Positions 1 through 11,679 of a stretch of 64,000 nt of DNA are shown one piece after another. This stretch comes from Hypanus sabinus (taxonomy: Eukaryota), in assembly GCF_030144855.1 (NCBI RefSeq), contig NC_082714.1:48670001-48734000 (forward strand). Reading direction: 5' to 3'. The first letter of the stretch is position 1; each line of letters opens with the position of its first letter. The position numbers and the translations under genes were made by a program. The notes below the pieces were generated by a model. That model made no database searches. It was not told the origin of the DNA and was given only the letters and a program-made list of their open reading frames with translations.

Positions 1-113
1 TAACAACTGAGCGGCAATAGAGGATTCCTGAAAAATGACGGTGAGTTGGGAGTTCAGTGTTGCTGAGGAAACTGATTGAAATTTGGCTTGACCAGAGATT
101 GAGTTTTTCAGGA

Positions 114-128
114 GCTCCCTCTGCTGGC
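114..128 (-). promoter_or_regulatory. Candidate CTCF site upstream of the cluster
   Basis: The minus strand reads GCCAGCAGAGGGAGC, close to the CTCF core CCASYAGRKGGCRS. Motif match only. Confidence 0.4.
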
Positions 129-684
129 TGGTAGGAGGCAGTAAAGTGTTAAAAGGATTAGACATAGTTCAGACCGTGCTGGAGTTCCTTCATTTTTATA
201 TTTTAACCTTGACCTAACTCTCTATCACTTGTTGTAGTGCTAATTTAAGGAAAAAAAAACTCCATGAATTTGTTGTTTTCAGTGAAATAATTATAATTGG
301 CTCACTAAATAATGTTGGAGCAGAGGTTTTGGATCTTGACAGTCCAAGCTATATGTAATTCCAGTATTATAGTGAGTGGATTACCATAATGAAGACTGAG
401 GTAGCACAGGAAAGAATTAAGTTACACACAGTTGCTGCAATACATTTGTTAAATAAACAATTATCACAACTCCAATTTCTCAAAAAGAAGGCTTTCCTGA
501 CACATTCTTCCAGATCAGTAATAAGAATAATAAAGGATATCATTGCTACTTCCTGGTAAGAACACTGAGAGATGTTTATTCAAATTGATTAGATCGCAAA
601 ACAACTTGACATCTTAAGACATTTCATCAGTTTAGTAACGTTTATTTTTAGACATTATTCTAAAAACCATGTTCCATTTCACGC

Positions 685-985
685 ATGTCTTCACTTACCT
701 CATCCTTCTGCCACCACACTAGGGTTCCTATTATCCTTACCTACCACTCCAGCTGCCTCCATGTCCAGCACATAATTCTCCATAACTTCCACCATCTCCA
801 GTGGGATCCCACCACCAAGAGCATCTTTCCCTCCCCCTACTTTCCATTTCCCGCAGGGATCGCTCCCTTGCCCATTCGTCCGTCCCCACTGATTTCCTTC
901 CTGGCACTTCTCTTGCAAGCAGAACAAATGTTACACCTGCCACTACACCTCCTCCCTCACTACCATTCAGAGCCCCAAATAATGT
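685..985 (+). mobile_element. Penelope-like retroelement fragment (RT C-terminus to GIY-YIG linker)
   Basis: The translation RVPIILTYH...HVQHIILHNFHHLQWDPTTKSIFPSP plus the frameshifted RRDRSL..., PGT matches the minus-strand element at 34573-34860. Confidence 0.7.
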
Positions 986-1033
986 GTAGGGCAACAATTT
1001 GCATCTAGTGGTTATATTGCCATTAGTTTCAGG

Positions 1034-3800
1034 ATAATTATGGAGAGGGATCAGTCTGGTCCATGGGTTGAGATTCTAAATTGGAGAAAAACCAATTTTG
1101 ATGGAAACAGAACAGATCTGGCAAGTGTGGATTTGGCCAGGCTGTTTCTGCAAAGGTATACTTGGTAAGAGGGGGGCCTTCAAAAGTAAAATTTTGAGAG
1201 TACAGAGTTTGTATGTTCCCATCAGAATAAAGACGGGGGGGGGGGGAGTTTAGAAAACTTTGGTTTTTGAGAAATGTTGAGGCCCTGGTTATGAAACAGA
1301 AGGAGGTGCATGGCAGGGAGCAACAAATGAAGTTCTTGAAGAGTACAGGAGATGCATGTGAACACCTCGAAGGGTTCAAAGGTACATTTAATGTCAGAGA
1401 AATGTATACAATACACATCCTGAACTGCTTTTTCTTCACAACCATCCACGAAAATCAAGGAGTGTCCCAAAGAATGAATGACAATTAAACGTTAGAACCC
1501 CAAAGCATCCCTAGCTCTCCCCTCCCACACGTAAGTGGCAGGAAGCAATGATCTCCCACCTCCCCAAACCACCAGCAAAAAAGAAAGCATTGGCACCCAC
1601 CACCAAACATTCAAGTGTACAGCAAAGCATCAGTAAAGATACAGACTTGCAGCACCCCAAAGGCTATTCGTTCACCCAGTATTGGACATGACACAGGTTC
1701 TCTCTCTCCCTAATAAGGGAACAAGAGATATCTCTGTTTCACAGCGAGAGGGGAGACATAACAAAGAACTCATTGTTTTATAATGTTAAAAGTCTGTTGT
1801 GTTGCTTTTTCGGAGCTCTGTGCCCAAAGAACTCGGGTCTCTGGGCACACAGCCAGAGATCTTCCATGTCCCACAATGCACCAATTTCCTGCAGAGTCAC
1901 TGGCCTCAAGTCTGCCCCTCACAGAGCCACAAAATTCTGAAACTCCAAAGGCAAACTAATCTTCTAGGGCATGTCCTTGGTATATCAAATAACTGCCAGT
2001 TGTGAGACCCCGAGAGCCGGTTCAATTCCCATAAAGAACTGATGTCAGTGTGTAACTCCTGGTCAGGGTCTTCAAAAGAACCCTGGAAGGGAAAAATAAA
2101 GATACTAACGATGGAAATAGAGCTGTTTCTGGTGATGCAAGCAAAGGAGTCACCATTAGACGCCATTGTCTCCTAAATTCCACCCCTTAAGAAGGAAATC
2201 AAGAAAGCTAAAAGAAGGCATGAGTTTGCTCTAGCAAACAAGATGAGAGAGAATCCTAAAGGCTTCTACAGATATATTAAGAGCAAAAATATAGCAAGGG
2301 ACAAAATTTGTCTTCAGGAAGATCAAACTGTTCATCTGTGCATGGAGCCGAAAGTGATAGTGGAGATCTTAGATGGATTCAGAAGATGGACACAGAGACT
2401 CCAGAAGTGAGGCAGAGCAGCAGTGAGTTCATGGACCCTATGTAGATTACTGAGGAACAGGTGTTTGCTGTCTTGAAACAAATTAAGGTGGATACATCTC
2501 CAGGGCCTGACATGGTGTTTCCTCTGACCCTGTGGGAGATTAGTGCAGAAATTGCAGGGGATGTAGCACAGATAATTGAAGCAACATTGGCCTCAGATGA
2601 GGTGCTGAACAATTGGAAGATAACTAATGTTGTTCTATTGTTTAAGAAAGGCTCTAAGAAGAAGCTAGGAAATTGTAAACTGGTGAGCCTGACATCAGTA
2701 GCGGGTACATGCTAAGGGATTGGTATAGAAGTATTTGAATAAACAGGGAGTGAGTAGGGATAGTCAACACGGCTTTGTTCATGGTAGGTCATATCTAAAC
2801 AATCTTACACAGTTTTTGGAGGAAGTTATCAGGAAAGTTGATGAATGCAAGCTGGTGGATATTGTCCACATAGACTTTAGTGAGGCCTTGGACAAGGTCC
2901 CACATGGGATGCTGGTCAGTGAGGTTCAGTCACTTGGCATTCAAGATGAGGTAGTAAACTGGTTTAGAGATTGGTTTTGCAAAAGAAGCCAGAGTGTGGT
3001 AGTAGAGAGTTGCCTCTCTGACCAGAGGCCTCTGACTAGTGGTGGCAGCAGGGATCGATGCAGAGTATATTGTTGCTTGCGATCTACTGTATATCAATGA
3101 TCTGGCTGATAATGTGGTAAACTGGATCAGCAAATTTGCAAATGACACCAAGATTGAGAATGTACTGGACCAAGACAAAAATTATCAAAGCTTGCAATAG
3201 GATCTAGACCAGCTAGAAAAATGGGATGAAAAATGCTAGAAAGAAATTAGTACAGACAAGTATGAGGTGTTGCTCTTTAGAAGGACAAACCAGGATAGGA
3301 CTTACTCGGTGAGTGGTAAGCACTGAGGAGTTCAGTAGAGCAGAGGGATCTAGGAATACAGATCCCTTGAACATGGTGTCATAGGTACACAGGGTCGTAA
3401 AGAAAGCTTTTGGCACATTGGCCTCATAAATCAAAGTATTTAGTACAGGATTTGGAATGTTATGTTGAAATTGTGTAAGACATTGGTTCAGTTCTTGTCA
3501 CCTACCTACAGAAAAGATATTAATAAGATGTTTCCAAGACCTGAGGACCTGAGTTAGAGCAAAAGTTTGAATAGGGTGGGACTGTATTCCCTAGAGTGTA
3601 GGAGAATAAGGGGAGATTTGATAGAGGTATACAAAATTGTGACGGTATAGATATGGTAAATACAAGTGGGTTTTTCCACTGAGGTTGGCTGAGACCGGAA
3701 CTAGAGATCATGGGTGAAGGGTAAAAGGTGACTTGTTTAATGGTAATATGAAGGGAAGCTTCTGCACTCAGAGGGTGTTGGGAGAGTGGAATGAGTGGTG
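1034..3800 (+). mobile_element. Degenerate CR1 LINE ORF2, interrupted at about 1370-2188 by another element
   Basis: RT motifs SPGPD, SQHGFVHGRS.L.NL, DIVHIDFSEALDKVPH and SKFANDTK are spread over frameshifted ORFs (2461-2715, 2735-3100). Confidence 0.85.
1371..2188 (-). mobile_element. Unclassified non-coding element inserted in CR1
   Basis: It splits CR1 coding sequence that resumes at about 2189. The minus strand ends in ATTAAATGTACCTTTGAAC, similar to the tails at about 23480-23505 and 31725-31745. Confidence 0.5.
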
Positions 3801-3825
3801 GATGTGTGTTTATTTATATTTTATT

Positions 3826-3942
3826 GAGCTGCACTGCCCAGTAATCCCCTGATTTAACCTGAGCCTAACCATGGGACAATTTACAATGACCAATTAACCT
3901 ACCAAACAGTGTGTCTTTGGACTGCGGGAGGAAACAGGAGCA
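3826..3942 (-). mobile_element. V-SINE/HE1-like fragment
   Basis: The minus strand reads TGCTCCTGTTTCCTCCCGCAGTCCAAAGAC, a V-domain-like core. Confidence 0.55.
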
Positions 3943-4412
3943 ATGTTTCAAAGTTGCTCTGGCCATCCTCAGATCTTACACCTTCCATGGACTTGTGCAT
4001 AACCAAATCCTTCAGCTTTATTTACATGATTCTAGACTGACACGCTTTCTGGTCCAATGTCATTACATAATAATTTGTTTTGCCCAGTCAGTTTCTGTGC
4101 AGTGTACACAGACGAGGTTTGTGAATATTCGAAAACCATGTCTGCCCGCATATTGAAGTTAAACGGTTGTGAAATAAAAAGACTGAAGGTGAGGAGGATG
4201 AGCTTGAATGGGTGAATTCAATGTAAGATCCAGCCAAAAACAACAATAAAATACATTAAAGTTATTATATCAGGATTAGCTTGGAAGCACATACAGATTT
4301 AATGAATATTAATCTACGTTTACTAATACAGTAACTTACATGAAAATAAAATAACCCTTTGCAAGAGTGCTTCAAATGAAAGGTCTGAGGATGGTGTTTA
4401 GCTTTCCTGAGG

Positions 4413-4567
4413 TTATCTTTGCTAACGGTTGTAAGTGAAACAGACAATTGGTTCTCTATTCACTATTGTCTCTTATCATTAGATTACGTAGACCGTGAAT
4501 CAGGACCCACAACCAATGGGAAAAATGGGGCGGAGAGGGTGTGCCTCTGTGTGAATTGCAATAAATA
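4413..4567 (+). promoter_or_regulatory. alpha1 erythroid promoter
   Basis: GATA sites TTATCT 4413-4418 and TTATCA 4473-4478, CCAAT 4513-4517, GC box GGGGCGGAG 4527-4535, reverse CACCC box GGGTGTG 4537-4543 and ATA box AATAAATA 4560-4567, about 70 bp before the ATG. The layout is conserved in the alpha2 paralog. Confidence 0.8.
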
Positions 4568-4634
4568 TGGACACATCAAGCCAGAGGTATCTCTTGGTTA
4601 CTCAAAGATCTGGAAAAGTGAAAACTCCGCAAGA

Positions 4635-5534
4635 ATGGTGCTCTCTGGTCACAACAAACAGGTTATAGAGGAACTGGGCAACCTGATAAAGGCAAATGCT
4701 GAAGCTTGGGGTGCAGATGCTTTAGCCAGGTAATTTTCTTCGATTCACACAATTGTTATTGCATTTTCAGCTATTATTTGTAATTGATAACATTCCTTGC
4801 ATTCCTTTACTCAGTGAGACCACTAAAGATGCACAATAACAATCTCTGCATAGAATTGAAGATTTTCCAAAATAATGTGATTGCTAGTCTGAAGAATAAA
4901 GGAATTTGACTCTCAGTGAGATGTAGTGTACATTGTGACTGCAAATAATTTCTGCCTTCATTTTCCATGTTTGTGAAGATTGTTTGAGATCCACCCTCAA
5001 GCTAAGACGTACTTCCCAAAATTCAATGGCTACAAAGCCTCTGACCCAGCCGTCAGAAAACATGGTTGCCTGGTAATGGAAGCTGTGGCGGATGCAGCCC
5101 ATAATGTGGACAACCTGAGTAAACACCTGGAAAGTCTTGCCAAGAAACATGGTGAGGAACTTCTTGTGGATCCTCATAACTTTCAGGTATGTAGCAATTT
5201 TACAGATTCTTCCTCATTGTCATTACACAAACTATGATATTGTGATTAGATCTGCAACTATGAAATTCCAACTTTATTTTGTTCAGTGTCATCGTGTTCA
5301 GTTTAGCTGAGAATACTTTTTCCTGCTACACGATACTTAGGAAAGCAGTCAAATCATCCGTTGACAATATTAACACTGTCTTATGTTATTTATTTTTCAC
5401 TTTTACAGCTGTTGGCTGATTGTATCGTGATCACCTTGGCTATTAACTTGCAAGCGTTCACTCCTGCAACCCACTGTGCTGTCGACAAATTTCTTGAGTT
5501 GCTCGCGCATGAATTGAGCTCCAAGTACCGTTGA
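4635..5534 (+). CDS. HBA: Haemoglobin alpha chain, copy 1 (142 aa incl. Met; 3 exons)
   Basis: Exons 4635-4729, 4979-5186 and 5409-5534 with GT-AG introns at the canonical B12.2 and G7.0 globin positions. Protein MVLSGHNKQVIEELGNLIKANAEAWGADALAR/LFEIHPQAKTYFPKF...KHGCLV...KKHGEELLVDPHNFQ/LLADCIVITL...DKFLELLAHELSSKYR. It has the CD1 Phe, distal His60, proximal His89 and the alpha-type C-terminus SKYR. AATAAA at 5631-5636. Confidence 0.97.
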
Positions 5535-5804
5535 AGATGCAATCAAGAAACTATGGTGAACAACAGCGAGATTATCATTTAATTCCACATTTTGTCATCG
5601 ATTAATTGTCATAATTGATAAACTGATCTAAATAAACTTTCACTTCAATCAATGCTTTATCATTTGCTGTGGCTCATTTATTAACTAGACTTAATTTCAG
5701 AAAAATACCTGTCAGACATGTCTTTAGCAAAAACACAAAAATACAGCAGGATCTGTTTACCTCTATCACTAGATAACAATAAAAAGGAGAAAGAATTTGG
5801 ATAT

Positions 5805-6668
5805 TGTTTCAGATTCAGCAACAATAAATATATAAGTGAGGCATGGTTTTTTTATAACAAATAAAACATTTATTAAATACTGAAAAACAAACCCCCAGAA
5901 GTAAACAAACAACTAACGTAACTGGAAATCAGCTGCTGTGCGGCAGCTTAAAGAGATCATAAAAGAATAAAGCGAAAACAGTTCTTAAAGCGATATTGCA
6001 AAAACAGTTCTTCAAAGTAGTACTGCAAAAGTTCAAAATGCTTACAGTCCATTAAAGGAGAGACTTTTTAAATGATTTAAATTCTCTTTCACATCGTGTT
6101 GTTGCGGTTCCCAGTCGAACTATGCTTTTCCCAGAGAATTTACGAAGATGAAAATGAAACGGCTTAAAGGCACTGACCTTTCCTTTACAAAACTGTACCC
6201 AATCCTTTCTGCTATTATTTGCAGGGGTTAACACAGGCACAGCCAACGAATTCCTTCCAAATGAGGATCAAACAAGGTCGAACCTGTTTCACCGTCGAAA
6301 TCAACTTTCCTCAAACTTTTAACTCCTGAACTCCAATCTTCACTCTCCACTGATTTTTTACTGGCAGTATTATAAAGAAACTGCCGGCAATGACCTTTTA
6401 AACTTTAGGCATTAAATAAAACTTAACCTTTCAACCAAACTGTGTCATAATATTGGCATGGAGTCAAAATGGCAAATCCAGCCACGAACTGCCCCTCCTC
6501 ACAGGGAGGGGTCCTCCTTTTATACCCTGTAGAAAAAAACCTGTCACATGACCTCTATTGGCAGGTAAATGATGTCACTCCACTGTCACAAGACCACTAC
6601 CTTAGGTCCAGCATATCTTCAACACCACTGTCATGTGACAAGTACAAGATACCCACGGGTATGTAACA
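5805..6668 (-). mobile_element. Solo LTR (864 bp), specific to unit 1
   Basis: Absent at the paralogous site near 49685. Termini TGTTTCA...TGTAACA form a TG..CA imperfect inverted repeat. Flanks ATAT/ATAC give a 4-bp TSD with 1 mismatch. Minus-strand TATAAAA at 6518-6524 and AATAAA at about 5868-5873. Confidence 0.8.
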
Positions 6669-7711
6669 ATACAAAAGCATTGAACCAACAAATGTCTGTT
6701 TGCCTGGCAGTTACTTTTTGCTCCATTGTAGATGAATCAAGCTCACAGCAGAAATTTCTGAAAAGCCAAACATCAGAAATGGGAGATCGATATCTCTCCC
6801 AACGGCTTTTATACATTCAACAAGATATCATGACTCACTACTCAAAGTAAGCTTTACAGATAACTATAGGTAAATAGAGTTGTAGAGTTGTACATCATGG
6901 AAACAGGCCATTCAGCCCAACTTCTGCATGCCTACCAATCTCTACCTGACCTAGTCATTCATATTTTCTCACGCTTGGCTCATATGCATCTAAATCATCT
7001 CTAACTGTAGAACTGTTTAAATGTCTCTTCCATGGTGTAATTATACCTGTCTCTACAGCCTGCTCTCCCAGCTCATTTCATCTACCCTCCACTCTGTGTG
7101 AAAATGTTTCCCCTCAGCTACTTGTAAATTGTTTCCCCTCGCACCATAAATCTATGTTGTTTAGTTTTAGATGCCCAACACTCGGATAAAGACTATGACC
7201 ATCAATTTATGCCCTCACTATTTTATGCATCAATGTCAAGTCAGTCTCCTACATTCCAGGGGAAAAACAAAAGCCAATTTAGGCTCTCCTTGAAACTTAA
7301 TCCTTGAAAAAGCATTTTGATTCCCAAATCAGAGTTACCAATGCAGTTTTAAGTATTTGATCATATAGTTATAAAAATTCAACATTCACTGATAGATAGG
7401 AGCCAAATCATCATTATTATCTCTTTCAAAATCATTATAAATAGAAGAATTCATTTTTCTCATCTAAAGTGCTGAAATTGGACCATTCAATTGACTTAAG
7501 TACCATCCAAATCTCCTACAATATCTCTCCTGGAAGACTACACTGAGATGCAAGTTTTCCTTTTGTGATCAGAGTAACTTGTTATCAGTACCTTGGGGTT
7601 ATATACACTGTCAGGAACTTCAACTGCAAAAGTCTCCTCTTTTGTATATCAATATGCTTCAGGATATCATTGAAATGTTCCAGGTTTCACTAAGTTTCAT
7701 ATCTCTGCTTT

Positions 7712-8870
7712 TAGACAATAGACAATAGGTGCACAAGTAGACCATTTGGCCCTTCGAGCCTGCAATGCCATTCTGAGATCATGGCTGATTATCTGCTATC
7801 CATGCTCGGTTCCTGCCTTGTCCCCATATCCCTTGATTCTCCTATCCATAAGATACCTATCTAGCTCCTTCTTGAAAGCATCCAGAGAATTGGCCTCCAC
7901 TGCCTTCTGAGGCAGTGCATTCCAGACCCCCACAACTCTCTGGGAGAAGAAGTTTTTCCTTAACTCTGTCCTAAATGACCTACCCCTTATTCTCAAACCA
8001 TGCCCTCTGGTACTGGACTCTCCCAGCATCTGGAACATATTTCCTGTCTCTATCTTGTCCAATCCCTTAATAATCTTATATGTTGCAATCAGATCCCCTC
8101 TCAGTCTCCTTAATTCCAATGTGTACAAGCCCAGTCTCTCTAACCTCTCTGCGTAAGACAGTCCGGACATCCTAGGAATTAACCTCATGAATCTACGCTG
8201 CACTTCCTCTACAGCCAGGATGTCCTTCCTTAACCCTGGAGACCAAAACTGTACACAATACTCCAGGTTTGATCTCACCAGGGCCCTGTACAAATGCAAG
8301 AGGATTTCCTTGCTCTTGTACTCAATTCCCTTTGTAATAAAGGCCAACATTCCATTCGCCTTCTTCACTGCCTGCTGCACTTGCTCATTCACCTTCAGTG
8401 ACTGATGAACAAGGACTCCTAGATCTCTTTGTATTTCTCCCTTACCTAACTCTACACTGTTCAGATAATAATCTGCCTTCCTGTTCTTACTCCCAAAGTG
8501 GATAACCTCACACTTATTCACATTAAACGTCATCTGCCAAGTATCTGTCCACTCACTTAGCCTATCCAAGTCACCCTGAATTCTCCGAACATCCTCATCA
8601 CGTCACACTGCCACCCAGCTTAGTATCATCAGCAAACTTGCTGATGTTATTCTCAATGCCTTCATCTAAATCGTTGATGTAAATTATAAACAGCTGTGGT
8701 CCCAATATCGAGCCCTGTAGCACCCCACTAGTCACCACCTGCCATTCTGAGAAACACCTATTCTCCGTCACCCTTTGCTTTCTATCTGCCAACCAGTTTT
8801 CTATCCACGTCAATATCTTCCCCCCCCCAATGCCATGAGCTCTGATTTTACCCACCGATCTCCTATGTGG
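7712..8870 (-). mobile_element. 5'-truncated CR1 LINE, relatively young
   Basis: 257-aa uninterrupted ORF 7796-8569, RT motifs [10 protein letters not shown] and KFADDTK, and a tandem 3' tail (TAGACAA)n at 7712-7728. Confidence 0.9.
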
Positions 8871-9669
8871 GTGATTGCCCCCTTTTCTTTAATATACATA
8901 GGAACTGTGAGGATTCACCTTCATCTTATCTGTCAAGAACATCCCATAACCTCCTTTCACCCAAATGATTTCCATCCAAGGTGCACTCCTACATCCCCTA
9001 TGCTCTACTATTATCTCATTTGATCCCAGTTGTCTAAACCTGACATACTTTGCCTTTACCCAGACCCTTAATATTCCTCAGGTTCCCTAATACTGCAAAC
9101 CATTCCCTTCGCTTTAAATGGCATGTGTTGGTTCTGAACTCTGTGTCTCATTTTTAAAAGCTTCCCAATTGCCAGTTGACCCTTTACCTGCTGCAGCCTC
9201 TCCTAATTCCATCAAAATTAGTTTTGCCCTAAAGAGAACTTTAACCTTTGAACTAGTACTAACCCTTTCCACAGATGTCTTGAAGTGTCCCGCCACTAAC
9301 ATTTTAGCTCCGCCTACTGTTCCGCCTGCTGTATTCCACCAGCATTTTGTGTGCGTTGCTTGAATTTCCAGCATCTGCAGATTTCCTCATGTTTGTAACA
9401 CTTTAGCTGCTTGCTTAGCTTCATCGTCTACTGATTTTGAGTGTAACTCCTTCCTTAATAGAGCCAACTACATATTGCTTCAGAAAACTCACTTTTACAA
9501 CTTTTATAAACTTCTGCTGCACCTAATCCTTTTGTACAGTGCAACACCAGTCAACATTAGGCAAGTTACAATTACCGACTATTATAACCCTATCATTTCT
9601 ATAACTAACTTGCATTATGCTACATATTTGCTCCTTGCTGCTTTTTATGATGAATATCATGGGAGATTG

Positions 9670-11438
9670 GACTATGGGATCAATGGATTTGTGGCTAAAT
9701 TTGCCGATGATGCAAAGATAGGTAGAGGAATGGGTAGTGTTGAGGAAGCAGAGAGCCTGCAGAGAGACTTAGATAGTTTAGGGGAATGGGCAAAGAAGTG
9801 GCAAATGAAATACAATGTTAGCACATGTATGGTTATGCACTTTGGTGGAAGAAATAAACTGGCAGACTATTATTTAGATGGGGAGAGAATTCAAAATACA
9901 GAAGGAAGGAGGGATAATTATAGCTGAGAAAGAATGGACAACAATATAGTTTTATCAATGGAAGTGTACCAGTTCACAGAAATGGAAGGAATTTGGATTG
10001 AAAAACTTGATAAGATATTTTATTACACCCTCTCAGAAATCCCATTATGATAGTAACCTCCCTGTTTGCTGGAGAAATTGTGGAAACCAAAATGCAAATC
10101 ATTATCATATTTTTTGGGACTGCCCTGTTATCAAGAACTATTGGAGGGGGATACACAATGCCCTACAAGACATGTTTAAATGTGAAATACCCTTGGAGAG
10201 TAAGACCATATATTTTGGATATATACCTCAAGAATGGTTGAAAAGAGATAAATATTTAATGAATATACTGTTGGTGGCTGGTAAAAAGACTCTTACTAGG
10301 AAATGGTTATCACAGGAGAGCCCAACTTTAAATACATGGATGGAAATTATAATGGACATTTACAAAATGGAGAAAATAACAGCATCTGTTAACCATAAGC
10401 TGGAACAATTTGATTCATACTGGGAAAAATGGTTCAACTACATAATCCCTCATACGCCTGATTTTATTCTCACAAATCAATGAATCTGTTATAAAAAAAA
10501 TCACTCCCTGCTTGTACATAGTTCTTTCCTTTTGCTTGTTTTTTCTTTCCACTCTTTTCTATAAGTGTATACCTCAGATAAATACTTCGGGGAGATTTGT
10601 GATATATATGATTATATGATATACTGGTATATGTATAATGTCTGAAATACATCTAATGGAAATGTTTGTTTGATGATGAACTTCAATAAAAAAATAAATT
10701 ACAAAATACAGAGATGCAAAGGGGCTTGGGAGTCTTTGTGCAGGATACCCTAAAGGTTAACCTCCAAGTGGAGTTCGTGGTGAAGAAGGTGAATGCAATG
10801 TTGGCATTCATTTCTAGAAGTATAGAAGAGCAGGGATGTGATGTTGAGGCTCTATAAGACACTCATGCAACCACACTTGGAGTATTGTGTGCAGTTTTGG
10901 GCTCCTTATTTTAGAAAGGAGATACTGACATTGGAGAGGGTTCAGAGAAGATTCATGAGAATGATTCCTGAATTGAAAGGGTTACCATATGAGGAACATC
11001 TGGCAGCTCTTGGGCTTTATTCCCTGGAGTTCAGGAGAATGACGGGGGAATCTCAAGAAATATTCTGAATGCGAAAAGGCCTGAATAAATTATATATGGC
11101 AAAGCTATTTCCCGTAGTAGGGGAGTCTAGGACAAGAGAGCACTACTTCAGCATTGAAGGACATCCATTTAATACAGAGATGCAGAGAAATTACTTTAGT
11201 CAGAGGGTGGTAAATCTGTGGAATTTGTTGCCATGTGCAGCTGTGGAGGCCAAGTCATTGGGTGTATTTAAGGCAGAGATAGATAGGTTCTTGCCTAGCC
11301 AAGGCATCAAAGGATATGGGGAGAAGGCAGGGGAGTGGGGATGACTGGAAAAATTGGATCAGCTTATGATTGAATGGCAGAGCAGACTCAATGGGCCAAA
11401 TGGCCTACTTCTGTTCCTATATCTTATGGTCTTATGGA
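9670..11438 (+). mobile_element. 5'-truncated CR1 LINE carrying a nested L1/Tx1 fragment
   Basis: KFADDAK, LEYCVQFWAP and a TCTTATGG tandem tail at 11423-11438. The coding sequence is split at 9902/10713. Confidence 0.88.
9903..10701 (+). mobile_element. 5'-truncated L1/Tx1-clade LINE 3' end
   Basis: ORF 9998-10483 contains the CCHC knuckle CWRNCG...HIFWDC, followed by AATAAA and an A-rich tail. TSD CAAAATACAGA at 9892-9902 and 10702-10712. Confidence 0.88.
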
Positions 11439-11679
11439 ATATTGGGGGCACTGTAGAACATCCCATCAGACTGATTACACTTTTCTGATTTTTAATTTTA
11501 CCCTCATGATGTTACAGCACCTTTTCCCTGGAATATCCACTCTAAATACTTACATTATGCTCCTCTTAATCAATATCATATCCCACCTTTTTTTCTTAAT
11601 TCCACCTTTCTCATGCTGGAAGAATGATACCTTGCAAAATTGAACTGCCAGTCCTGACCATCCCTCAACCATAAGATTA

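Noticed and set aside
4419-4634. N-terminal extension of alpha1 (ORF 4419-4733)
   Set aside because: It starts at TTG, runs through the promoter upstream of the ATA box, and the paralogous frame stops at 48540.
7796-8569. 257-aa ORF as a host gene (also 13108-13725, 51457-51981, 9998-10483)
   Set aside because: These are 5'-truncated LINE ORF2 pieces with retroelement tails and/or TSDs, and the paralog shows empty sites for the 13087 and 50613 insertions.
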